Shown here piece by piece: positions 42,701 to 54,700 of a stretch of 64,000 nucleotides of DNA (the stretch's first letter is position 1; each line of letters opens with the position of its first letter). This stretch comes from Ascidiella aspersa (lineage: Eukaryota). The DNA lies in NCBI GenBank assembly GCA_963924565.1, contig OZ004611.1:25048001-25112000 (forward strand). Direction: 5' to 3'. The notes beneath the pieces are model-generated. The model was not told the DNA's origin and searched no databases. It saw only the letters and a list, made by a program, of their open reading frames with translations. The translations under genes were made by a program, and so were the position numbers.

Positions 42701-45700
42701 TGTATTTTAATACAGGAAGTGTTACATGACATCAAACTACATCACGTCTCGTTTTGCGCCGAAGATAAGGAGGACAAGCGCATGTTTACCTTCATTGCAA
42801 AAGGATCAGATGGAAAGCATTTCTGCTACGGACTGGATTCTTTGCACGAAGTGGGTATATTGTTGGAAAATATTTTACGCTGTGTTTTTAAGCAGTTTGT
42901 TTTTTAATATAATGGTCTTAGTTGATGCCTTGTATTTCTTTAGATGTTTCGCCTTAAGCATACAAAAAGCGCTATAAGATCTAATTTAAGATTCTATTTA
43001 GATAAGATACTGAAGATGCTTTTAGTAGCGAAATATATCTATCATATAACATCCAACAAACTGATTTTCGTTTTACTACGTTCTGTACTGTGTTCAATCT
43101 TTATCATTGATGTGCAACAAGAATTGTTTGTTTTTACCATTCAGATTTAAGCAGACTCTGTTATTTAAAAGAAAATTTTGTTTAAATTATTAATATTTTT
43201 TAGGAACTCACGCAAATGTAGTGTTTTAAATAGACATAAAATCGCAAAATGCCTCTTCCCAAAACTGTTATCATTTGGGTATGATATTTTAAAGAACAAG
43301 TGTTCGCAGAACATAAAGGTATTATTGGGTTGTTTGATTTATCAGTCGACTTGTGGGCACTGGGCACGCATTGTAGTGGGCGTAGTTCTATCAGCAGTAG
43401 ACAGATAGTTACTTAAAGTCAGTTTATAGACAGGTGTAAATATCGTTGAATTTTAAAACTTTACATTTAAACAATTTATTGCCAGAAATACAGATAATGC
43501 AGCTACATTACTTAATCTTAGGCTAGCTAGAGGTTTGCTTTGTACTAACATTGTTATAATACTGTAGTAGGCCTTATAGTTGCAACGCATTTTCACTGCT
43601 ATTGCATTCATGCATTTATGGTGTGACTCATATTGATTGGAGCTTGTTCTAAACGTAAAATAAACCAATTTAAAAAAAATATCACTGCAATTTTGATTTT
43701 AAGATTTTAAAAACTTCTTGCATAACGGTTACTCTTTTGTAAAGACTGTTATGCAAAAATTATTGTTTGACCTAAAAACAAACGTATTTAGTATATTGGA
43801 TTGACGGTTAACAATATAACAAAATTGTTGCATGATAGACTTATATTTGTGTTGTGGAGTTTGGCCCGTTATTTTACAAATTTCAAGAAAAACCCGCCGA
43901 ATTTCTTGAAAATGTCACTTCATAATACATAGGGCTACATACCTTATATTTCTCTATTAAAGTAACGTTTGTGAGGGCAAAAAATGGTGACAAAGTGACT
44001 GACATAATACCTTATTGTAACAAGTTAGAGCCGTATACTCAGTCGCATAGGAATTTGCGCCATTTCTGTACGATGATAAAATCATACGCGAGCGCTAATA
44101 AGTAATGACGCACTTTGGTAATTACACCTAACGAGAAGAGAAGGGCGATATGTACGTATACTGTATGCCACTGGTAGGCACTACCTTGCATCAAAAAACG
44201 TCAAAGTAATTATCGGGTAATTCGCAAATAAAGCTTCTAAAAGTATATGTTCATAAATAGAGATTCTCGATTATTTATATTTTGTTACGATACCGATATC
44301 CGATATATCGACCAAAATTAAAGAGCGACAAAAGTGATACCGAATGACGTTTGACCTATAGCCCGATAACTGATATGAAAAAAATTGTAACTTGCAAGGT
44401 GCAAGCGTATGTTTTGGTCTCTAGGTTCTTAGTGCCTAACTTGCTAATACGCTAGAAAACGTGATTATCTTTAATTGCAAAGAAAGTATTTTATACAAAC
44501 ATACAGTTGCAAATTGTTATAGGCCACGTTATTGACTTTCATCCGATATTATCGAATATCCCTAGTTTCAAGTAATATATGTGTTTGTTGGCCCAATACC
44601 GGTATACAAATTCAGAACTGCGGACCAATTGTGTATCGATATTTTTATTCAACTAACCTGATTTTACCTATAAAAGAAAAACCTACCAAACATTTAGTGC
44701 AGCATGTATATATTATAGCCGCACGTAAGTGGGCTAGGGTCGTTCGTGCTTTCCAAATACGGTTCCCTTGAGGCACCGAATTTAACGTCCCTTTTTGTCC
44801 CTACATTATAACACGGGTATAGACACTGTGGCATTTAAAGCGCAGTAAAGGTTTAGGGCCACTGCCAAAACAAGTTTACTGCATAGGCGAGTTTATGTAT
44901 GGGCTTGAATTGAACCAACACTTGACAACTATAGGTATGGAGTTGTACAAGATTGTCTTTCGAAATGCATAACGTAAAGATGTCAGCTATAGTTTTTCAA
45001 GTTATAATCTATAAAATACGTATAAAAACTTTTTGTCAGTGTTTCCAGGCCTATAGTTATCTATGAAATAAACTTACTTTGATATGATGCTCCTGAAAAT
45101 AAATTAACGGTGGTAAAAGACGTATGTAAACGTATTTTACGGTGTTTCCAGCCCTAGTTGTCTAAGACATAAACGTTCTTTGATATGATGCTATTGAAAA
45201 TATACTGACAGTGATTCTCTCTCAAAACGTCATTATTAATTCATATCGCCGAATGCATATTTTACTGTACGTGTACGACCATGATCAAAATGTGCGACAT
45301 GAAAGGGTGGAATTCGCACGGGAAGAAGGCCGGCTTTATTATGCCTGTGCTCATTAATGTGCATATGTCAGCAGACGACATGTTGGCATCTTGGAGAGCG
45401 ACTTTGTATTGTACGATGGCCTGACGGGGTCGATGCTGTAGTTTAGACACATAAGAGAGTATGAAGTTTTCCATTTATTGAATGTGAAAGGAAATGTGTA
45501 CAGGCATAGTCAGCAGAAAATTTAAGTGTAATGGGTTAGCAGGATTAGTTTGAGTCCAACATAGATAAAGAACTTTCTCCATTTAATGTTAAAAAGCAAA
45601 ACTTCATGGTTTGTAGCATAATGGCTGGAGGTTGTAGTTAGACGTATATTGAGTAGCAAAGCCCATACAGAAGTGGGTAGGAGCTTTCGAACGTTTCAAA

Positions 45701-48700
45701 TAATCGTTTGTTTAAAATCAATAATAACTTGTAAAATAAAAATATATAAAAACGTCAGCTAAGATATTGAATTTCGTTACAGGTTGAAACATTATAGCAT
45801 TTAGGCTCACTGTTAATCGTGGAAAACGACAATGAGTTTACAATTTCCTCATGTTGTTGTGTACACGTTAAAAACACATTTATTATGTAGAAAGGCTTAA
45901 TTGCAAATTCTATAAAGCTACATATTGTGAAGACTTTTTGTTTTTTAAAAACGTTTTAGCTTTACTTGAGTCAGTGGTTTTAAAGTTTTAACGGATCGGC
46001 ATAACATATTAAAATTAATTGTTTGAACATATTAGCCGTAGCACAGTGTTGTAAGGATAACAAATCATTTGACAGCCTGTGTGCAGCGCAAATAGCGTTA
46101 TAAGTGATTTAAATCGTAGAATAATGATTACTGTGGTTGTAAAGTTTTTCTTGTTTCAAAATTAATACGGTCCTAGAGTATTTCAAGGTGGCAAATAGAG
46201 TAAGCCAGGTGAAATGTTTCAGTACAATTGACCTAACTCGATGAGTAGGAAACCTATTTTAAACGAGAGTTTTTGAACTTCTTGACCTCTCCGTAGGGTT
46301 AAACCGCCTTTGAGGTCTGGCGCGAATATAGTGTTGACAGATTTGTTTACGTTCGAAAGGCCAACGACATCACTCTGACGATCGGACAAGCCTTTGAACT
46401 TGCCTACGACAGATACTTGAAGACCGACAAAGGAATGGCCACTTCAAAACAGGTATGGCTCGTCGGGGTTAATTGGGGTTAACTTCGGTTCGTCCATCCG
46501 TCGCATTTATTCCGAGAATGAGACATTGAAAAGGATCTAGTTAAAGTTTATAACGGCATTTGATTCAATTTTATTCTTTACTGCGACCTAAATATTAAAA
46601 TCAATTCTCGTACTAAACAAAACGTTTTTTTGAGATGCATTTTTTGCTCTTTTTCATATGTTACGTTTTACGTTATAGAAAATTTCCTTACTTACATTTA
46701 TACAATAAAAGTGAGACTTTGGTTTTAATAATAAAAAGAGTAATGAAAGCTCTTAAAAGTGTTTCGGTCGCAAGGTTTTTTAATTCTTACTAAGGAAACG
46801 TTCGCAAATTTAGGGCTACAACAAACCGCAAACTTGGATGGCACGTAAAAAGATTTAATATTAATGACATTTTCTGTTTAACCTGATAGATTTACTTCTC
46901 ACTCCAAAATGCAACTGTTGCGCCTCTCCACGCAATAATGACTCACCATCATTATAACGATGACGTAAAAATGAAAAGTCACTTCAGGCGATATAATGCA
47001 ATTTACGCCAATGCGGATGATTAATAGTAATTAGTGCAGCTGCAAATTAGTATTTCAAACCAAACTATGATTCAACATCAAAGCGATTTGTTTTTTGATA
47101 AGCACTTGCAACATTTCATTTTTTAAAGGAGTTGTTCAATCAAAATATTTAAAAACACCTTTTTTAAATACACACTAAGCCAAGCGCTAGACCGTAAAAA
47201 TGTAAATGCAAGGATTTACAATGTGTAAAACATGACTTCATATGGAGGCTTGGCTTTCTAATGGATACAACAATTGATTACAAACAGTTACAATTTAAGA
47301 AGGGTGTTTTGTGTGTAAAGAATTTCTTTGGATAAGTCAATTCTCTCGGCACTATCAAATAGGCGGATAGTTTTCAACGTTGTGATAAACAATTGCGAAT
47401 AGTTTTCAAATGAAATACAGCCCAGTTAACGTCGGATGTTGTATAAATGTTCCATCTTCACTTTGTGTAGTTTTACTATTTAGCAAACATAAGTGTTTTG
47501 ATTTTAATATAACTTTAATTCTAATGAAATCGAAACCTTTTGGTGTTAACGACCAAAAACAGTTTTGTAATAAACAAGATTTTACGCTTGTTGCGGAAAG
47601 TTCCTCGAGTAACTAAATAGACGCGCAATTTCGAAAGGAAATTCTGTCGGCGTTTGCATCGCCTGGCCTCGCCATATGCTTTTTAATTGGCTGTCGCAGG
47701 CCTTCAGCTTGCAGTAGAGAAACAGACAGCTGCCCTAGGACAGCCAAGTTAGCGATTAAACAAGTATCGACTGCTGCGGTGTGCCTGGTGGTCCCAAGCT
47801 CAGTTGACCTTGTTTATAAGGGTTGGGACTTCCGCCAATAATCCTCACATGACCTGTACGGTTTTTTGGCCTGCGCCACAAAAAAGACTAGAAACCCCCG
47901 ACATGTTGGAAATAAAACCAAAACGAAAGCTAAAGTAAACGTAACTTTAATTTATACAAACCATTTTGCCTTTCAATATATTGTTCATTAATCTGGTTTC
48001 CTTTTTTCTTAAATGGCAGTTTTTCAACATTCAAGGATCAGTCCCCTATCCAATTGGTGGTCCCACCCGTTGCTATAGACATACCGAAATCATAATATAA
48101 CTAATAAATTGAATCGTTTTAACCCTTCAGAGTGATTTTCTAACCCCTTGCTGTTCGCTTTCAAACGGACCAGGACTAATATGTTGCAGCAAATAGACAA
48201 AGATTCGCAAAAAACAAAAACAGGTAAAAAAGGACCAGAATGCGTGATCTGGTCAGTAACCGCAAGTCTTTTAATATGTAAAGCCAATTAAGAAAGCAAT
48301 CGTGCAGCTGAATGTTTCAAACACCCCATTTATTTTGTAGTAATATTTCAAACGCAGTTATTAGGAAAATATATTTTAACCAAATGTTAGAAATATCTCA
48401 GGCTGGTCAAGGCAGGATAGGGTAATGCGTACTGCGTACTGCAGCTATTTAGTTGGGTTAGGAAGCACGTTAGCGTTTTGCTTAGGGTAGGTCAAGTATT
48501 TTTATATTTATTCTACTAGGTCAATAGATGACTAAGAAATACGTCATATTATTTGGTTGCGATAGCTACATAAAGCATTACGCCATACCCTATCCCGCCT
48601 TGGACTCAACATTTGATCAAAGTATTTTCCCAGTAATTACGGTAAAATTAAACGCTGGCAAAAGGCTAGCATGCTAAGTCGAAAAGTCGTCTTTTGGCTG

Positions 48701-51700
48701 CCAGCACGTACTGATTTATAACCGGCCAGTATGGACATACTAATGGCGTGTACCGGACACACTAGTGGATGTGGTAAGAATTGATCAATTATAAATAGCA
48801 GCGGATATTGAGTTGCGTGTACGCGCCGTGAGTATGTTTAAAGCCCGATAAGCTTGTGAATTTAAATTATAGCATCTTCTATTAACGCCAAATCAGTTTT
48901 ATATTTAAAACTTGGTCTAAATCATCGCGCCCACCTTTCTTTTCGTTGCAAGGCAGTAATTTTGTTTCATTGGCAATCCTAAAACACAACATCTTAATAT
49001 TAGTTATTTGCCTTTGCTGTCTGCGTGTTTGCAGAACAAAACCAAAGATAATTTTTTCGGCAACATTAAAAGACCTATATTGTGACTTCACTGATCTTAA
49101 AAGGTTAAGACCTTGCTGACTGATTGTTGTTCGAAGCGGTGCGCTACTCAAGTTAATACAAAAATAACATTATTATTATTACGTATTTTAAACAGCAGTC
49201 AATCACCAACCTGGCAAATATGACTCCTTAAACATGGTCTTATACAAACTTACACTCAAATCTTTTTTAGCATTTTTAAATAGTATTCATTTGATGAATA
49301 GTTTTGGCAAATTAATGTATTTCATGATGTGAAAGTTTACTGGATGGCGGATCCGTGTCAAATCTGTAAGACTAAACGTTTAATTTTCTTAAATAAGCTC
49401 AAAATCTCTCACTGCAGCAGAGAGATTAAGATCCGCAGGTTGCCGACCTGTCATATTGTTTTTGGTTTATACTTTATAGCTTTAAAAGGTTTAACAAAAC
49501 CTGCACTAAACACGTTTAAAACAGGTTTTTACTTCTCATGAAGGTTTCACGTTTCAATTCAGACCATGTTTGTACCAATATCATAGTAAACATGTGTGGG
49601 GATTGTGGCACTTTTGACGCACAAGTTGGTAAATTTACCTTTCAAGGTCACATGTTGCATTAAACATTAACAATATGTAATCATGACGCCTCTGATTGAC
49701 AACTCTATTCAGGAATTTTTGACAAACGTCCGTTCGAACACTGTGAGGCATTTACTCAGTATTTTGCAGATTTTGAGTGGGTGGCGTATCGTTAAACCAC
49801 AAATCCCACCGTCTGTGGGATTGCTTTAGTAATTAAATTATCAGGCATTTCTGAGTTGAATAAGTAATTACGATGCACTGTGCACAAATCTGTGCGATAT
49901 ATGACGCATTTAAAAACGCGGTAATATCAGTTCAAGCAACTATGATACATTTACTGGGTGAAGTACTGAAATCTACTCTGATCTAATAGTTACCTATACC
50001 ACCATTTTATTTAAGTTAGTTTAGCTGTTCGCATTTACATTGTTCTGTTTTTAAGATTGTCTTTATATAGTAAAATGCCAAGTAATCTCTGTAGGACCAA
50101 AACCCTATGTTCATACACCTATCAGTTAAAGCTAGCTGGTATTTTTGCAACGACGCAATTAAATTAACCAGTCACTTTATGGCGCTGTACATGCACTCCT
50201 GTTTAGAGCTTTAGTTAAGCTGTGTCCATTGCTGTTAATGCGACAAGCAGCGAGTAAAAAAAACCTGCTACTACGAACGTAAAAATCTTAACTATTAAAG
50301 CAGTTGCAATACAAAGTTTTATTACCTTTACTTTTTAAAACATTTCAAGATATTTGTAATTAAAACAATTTTAAACTTACTGATGATTTTATAAGGATTC
50401 TGTGATGCATATAATTAGTTTTTTTTTAATTTTAAATGAATGGCGATTCATTAAGCCAACAAGTACCAAAAACCTATGACGATGTATGGGTTTGCTTTGA
50501 TATTTATCAGGCATTTCTGAGTTGAATTAGTCATTACAATGTACTCGGCGCAAATGCGTGGGATGTGACAAATTTTGCAAAGCGGTAATATCAGTTCAAG
50601 CAATTACGATAAGGTTACTTTTTGTAATCTGGACGAACTCCGATCTAGTATAGTTACCTATATACCACCATTAATGTTAGTTTACATGGTCGTATTAACA
50701 TCCTTCCATTTTATCATTCATATAAGGTTTTATGTCATTAACCTGTAACACTTCAAGGAAACCGACTTAAAACACACTTTTGTTCAAATACGCATTTGTT
50801 TAAGATAACTATATCCATTTGTTTGCAAATAAACAATCAAATATACTTGTCAACTTGATTGCAATTTAAGCGTAGTTTAACGCTTGTCATTGCGTAATCA
50901 GGGCGTGTAAATAAAAAGGGAATTTTGTGTTTCTAGGTTATGGAGCTGAACAAGCGAATCGAGCAACTGGAAAAGGAGAATACCACTCTTAAGCAGACCA
51001 TTTCTGGTCTCACCCAAAAAGCGAACCGCAAACCTACCGCCATTGTGAGTTTCAACATCGCAATTCGGCCGCCCACAAAACTTGATTCTTTGCATTGGGG
51101 TGTTAAATGCAACGCTTTTTATTTTAACGTTCAATTAAAAAACGATCAATGTTAAACTTTAGACGCTATGTTAGAAATTGTCTGTTTTTTAAAAAAAACT
51201 TAAAATCAGCATTTGTTTCCCAGCTTATTGCATTTCTATTTAGGCGTTCTCTATCTTTCTATTCTTCTTTGTGTGTTAAAATTTAACTGTGTTTTCAAGC
51301 TTTCTACTTCTCGTTATAATCCTTCTCTTATTTTCCCTGAACAAGGATGCTGTTTCTCTGAAAACCCCACAAGCCGAACATGACAAGCCTTCTTCAAGTG
51401 GTTTGAAAACCTCCCAATCAGTTGATTATCAACGTCTTGATTCCAAAAGTCTTGCAACATGTGAACAAATCAGCAAAAGTGAAGAACAGTTGACCTCGAG
51501 TAACCTCTTAACCACGCTGTTCCAAGACAACGCCCTTTCCCACTCACCAAACAACAAGCGCTATTTACAAGCGAAGATCGGTTCTTCTTCCACAGAAGGT
51601 TCTGGAAGAAGGAGACTGCAAAAACAGGCCTACATCGATCAAACCATTGCCTCAGTAGAACGTGCCAAGGCTTCGTTGAAAAATCTAAAGGACTACGTGC

Positions 51701-54700
51701 ACCAGCGTAAGTTGCGAAAAAAACAGAGGTCCAATAGTGACACTAGCGTTGGTCCGAAAGTGAAGCAAATTAGACAGGCAACGTCGGTGGACGACGAGGA
51801 CATTAACTACGCCAAGATCTCCGACATCCGCGACGTGGTTAAGGATTACAAGGCCAATCTCAAGAGCGACACTTCCAGCCTTAAAAAGCCTGAAGCGAAA
51901 CCGCCAACTCCGACTAAATCGCGACAGGCAGTTAAACGCCAATCAGCGGTTACTTCCTTGCCTGCGATCCCGGTTGAAAAGAAGAACTCAAACCAGAAGT
52001 TGGTTCGACGCAACAGCGCAAACAGTCTGTACACTGGCTTCGACGAGGTTATCAGCACGCTGAAAACAATGATGGTGTCAGACGAGAATACGAAATCTAA
52101 AACGCTTCCAAAAGATCAAAAGATTGAGAATATAACTGATAACAAAAAGCAGCCAAATAGTGACCCCGTAATTCCACTGAATCTGCCTGAAACGATAATA
52201 GACGATTCGGCCTGTATAACCAGCAAGCAGAACTACATTAACGTTCCGTATGCCTCTATACAATCCAAATACAAGCATCTGTGGAAGAAAGGTGAAGACG
52301 GGAATTCTTCTCCTCCAGCATTGCCTCCACGAGATCACCCCTTAATACCTCCAAAGCCTAAACACCTTCTTCAGTTGGACGACGCCAGCTTTAAGTCATC
52401 TTCAATGGGTTCCCTTAATTTTTCGGTTACAAGCAGCGAACTTAGCGCTTCCACCGATAGACACGGCGACCATTCTTACTCATTTGATTCTCCAGACGAA
52501 TCTATTTACATGAACAAAATACCTGTTCCTCCACCAGCAATAACAGAAGCAATAAACAAAATCCAAGAGGATCCCATACGAATTAATCCACTCTACAAAT
52601 TCAATGAAACCTCTGATAGGCAAAATGTGGCCAGAAAACGCTACAGCAATCCTGGAAAGCTGAATGTCGCTACCATGCCAGACAAAAAACGATCGAGCAA
52701 CGTTGCGATGGAATCTGTAGGCCAGACTGGCAAATCATATCCGAGCAAAATGGTTTTGGATTCAACATTGGAGCGCTATTCTGGACAAGACGGTTATCTT
52801 TTGCTAAAAGAGGCCAGCAAAGTTGCTCAGTCCTACCTTCAGAGCGACGACGGTACAACGAATGTCGATTCGACTTACGACAACGTTTACAACTTGATGA
52901 AATCGGTTCGCAAAGACGCCAGAGAGGCCAGTCGAGTTAAAGAGCAGAGCTACAAAGCACAGTACACATCGAATACGGCGGAAAGCCTGGCGTCAGCGGA
53001 TGTGCTAGACGCGCGAGACCTCATAGAAATTTTGCAGCAAGCGGAAAGGTTGGATTCGAAACATTCAAAGGCCCCTGGCAAGCAGCAGCGTGACTCCGGA
53101 AGCAATTCGATGCAAGGTTCTTCTAAACAACTTGCCCCGGCCTTGCTCAAACCACTACCATCGGTACTTTACTCTATACTTTCATTTTCCTTTTATTCTT
53201 TTTTTCTCTTAGTAAACAATTTTACTATTTCAACATGTCTTTTTCTTTCACGTCAACAGGTTGTGATGGATTACTTAATACAGCTAAACACCATTTAGTT
53301 ATAGCAACCTTTTTGTTTCTACAGTTTTAAATAACAACAATTTGGTCGGCGTATTGCACTCGTAAACACTTTCATATCCATTTTATTTTTTAAACTTGTT
53401 TAGAATGGCAACTTCAAATCATAACGCCAGTATGGATATATGTTTAACTTTGTGCAAATTTATAACCAATTGCTAACGTAAAGTCGAAGATGAAACGTTT
53501 CTTTTTTTAAGTTTGTAGGTGATTTCTATGAATCTCAAGCATAGGCTTTATAACAGGCATTTAAACGCCTGTTTTTTAACCTTCGTCTCCGTCAAGGTCA
53601 ACGCCCAGCCCACTTTGTCGCGGGACGCCTTCGACATGCGCCCCTTCAACGGAACCCAATCCTCCGGGGAATCCCCGGTCGTTCGACTGCCCTCACCCGA
53701 CGAGGTTCACCCCAAAACCCCGCACCGTCGAAGGTCGATGGCAAAGAAGCAAGAAGGTAAATTTTACTTACTGTTCTAGTGTTGCGGTGGAAACAGTCAT
53801 AGACGGAAAGTCGCATTTCTAAGTTGGTTTTAGTCATTAAGGTAAATGCAAAATAGGAAAATAAATTAAAGCGAAATGAACCCAACTAAACCTCGCCAAA
53901 TATTATTGTTAGTTTTTGTTTAGTATGTGTTTCCACAACATGATCTTGCCCTTCAATAGAATACATAATGCCGAAGAAAAATGTTGTAAAATTTTATAAA
54001 TTTTTATTTAAATAATCGCAAAATAGCTCGAAGATTTTTAATTTGAATGTGTTAAGACTGGTGTAGCGTATTTTGACACAGCAAAAACTTCATAAAACTG
54101 ACTTATATAGTAAAATAATTGACATATCCACCTCTAAAAAGGGTCATAGTCGCCGATCTTGACAAAATATGGCTACAAACTCAAACGACAAAACGTGTTT
54201 CGCTAAAATGTGTGGCGTACATACTCCTCAAAAACATGTGTTCATGTTGATACGGGGACTTCCACGATAGTCAGCTAAGTAGTTAAATAAATCATATCGT
54301 TCGTAGGGAGTAAATTTAGAGGGAGCGCCCAATAAATCTGAACCACATGTTGAAAGATGTTTAATTAAATTCACCTTGCAAAAATTATTTTCCACCTCAG
54401 CACTACTTTAAGCAAAAAAACATACTTTAAGCAAAAAACATATAATATATTATTGATTCCGAATGTTGGGTCACCGTTTTATTTTTTTCTCTAAATTATG
54501 AAAATATAAAAATATTTTGTAAACTGGTATCTGGCCCTAAGTATGTCTATAACCTGTAACCTTACTTGGGCTTTTTTCTTCTAGTTTACAGATTTTGGAC
54601 TTTTTTTGCTATTATATATGCTTTTACTCAAAAGATACAGTCTAAACAAGTATTTTAATAACAACCTCTGGGTCCAAACATTTTTGATTCGCATTGAATA

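Noticed and set aside
42991-43006. attctatttagataag, 14/16 similar to the Ciona spliced-leader sequence ATTCTATTTGAATAAG
   Set aside because: Not followed by a GT donor and lies in AT-rich, locally repetitive intron sequence; probably chance.
45271-45424. GC-richer coding-looking patch in a GULP1 intron
   Set aside because: Only short frames, no recognisable homology and no compatible splice sites.
49936-49991. Possible C/D snoRNA (terminal aactat/atagtt, CTGA boxes)
   Set aside because: No proper C box, and the CTGA boxes are not kept in the duplicate copy.
51289-53298. The 669-aa ORF as a stand-alone secreted or membrane protein (hydrophobic N- and C-termini)
   Set aside because: It starts at GTG. 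The Leu/Phe/Ser-rich ends are translations of intronic pyrimidine tracts, and in-frame splice sites at 51346 and 53163 link it to GULP1.
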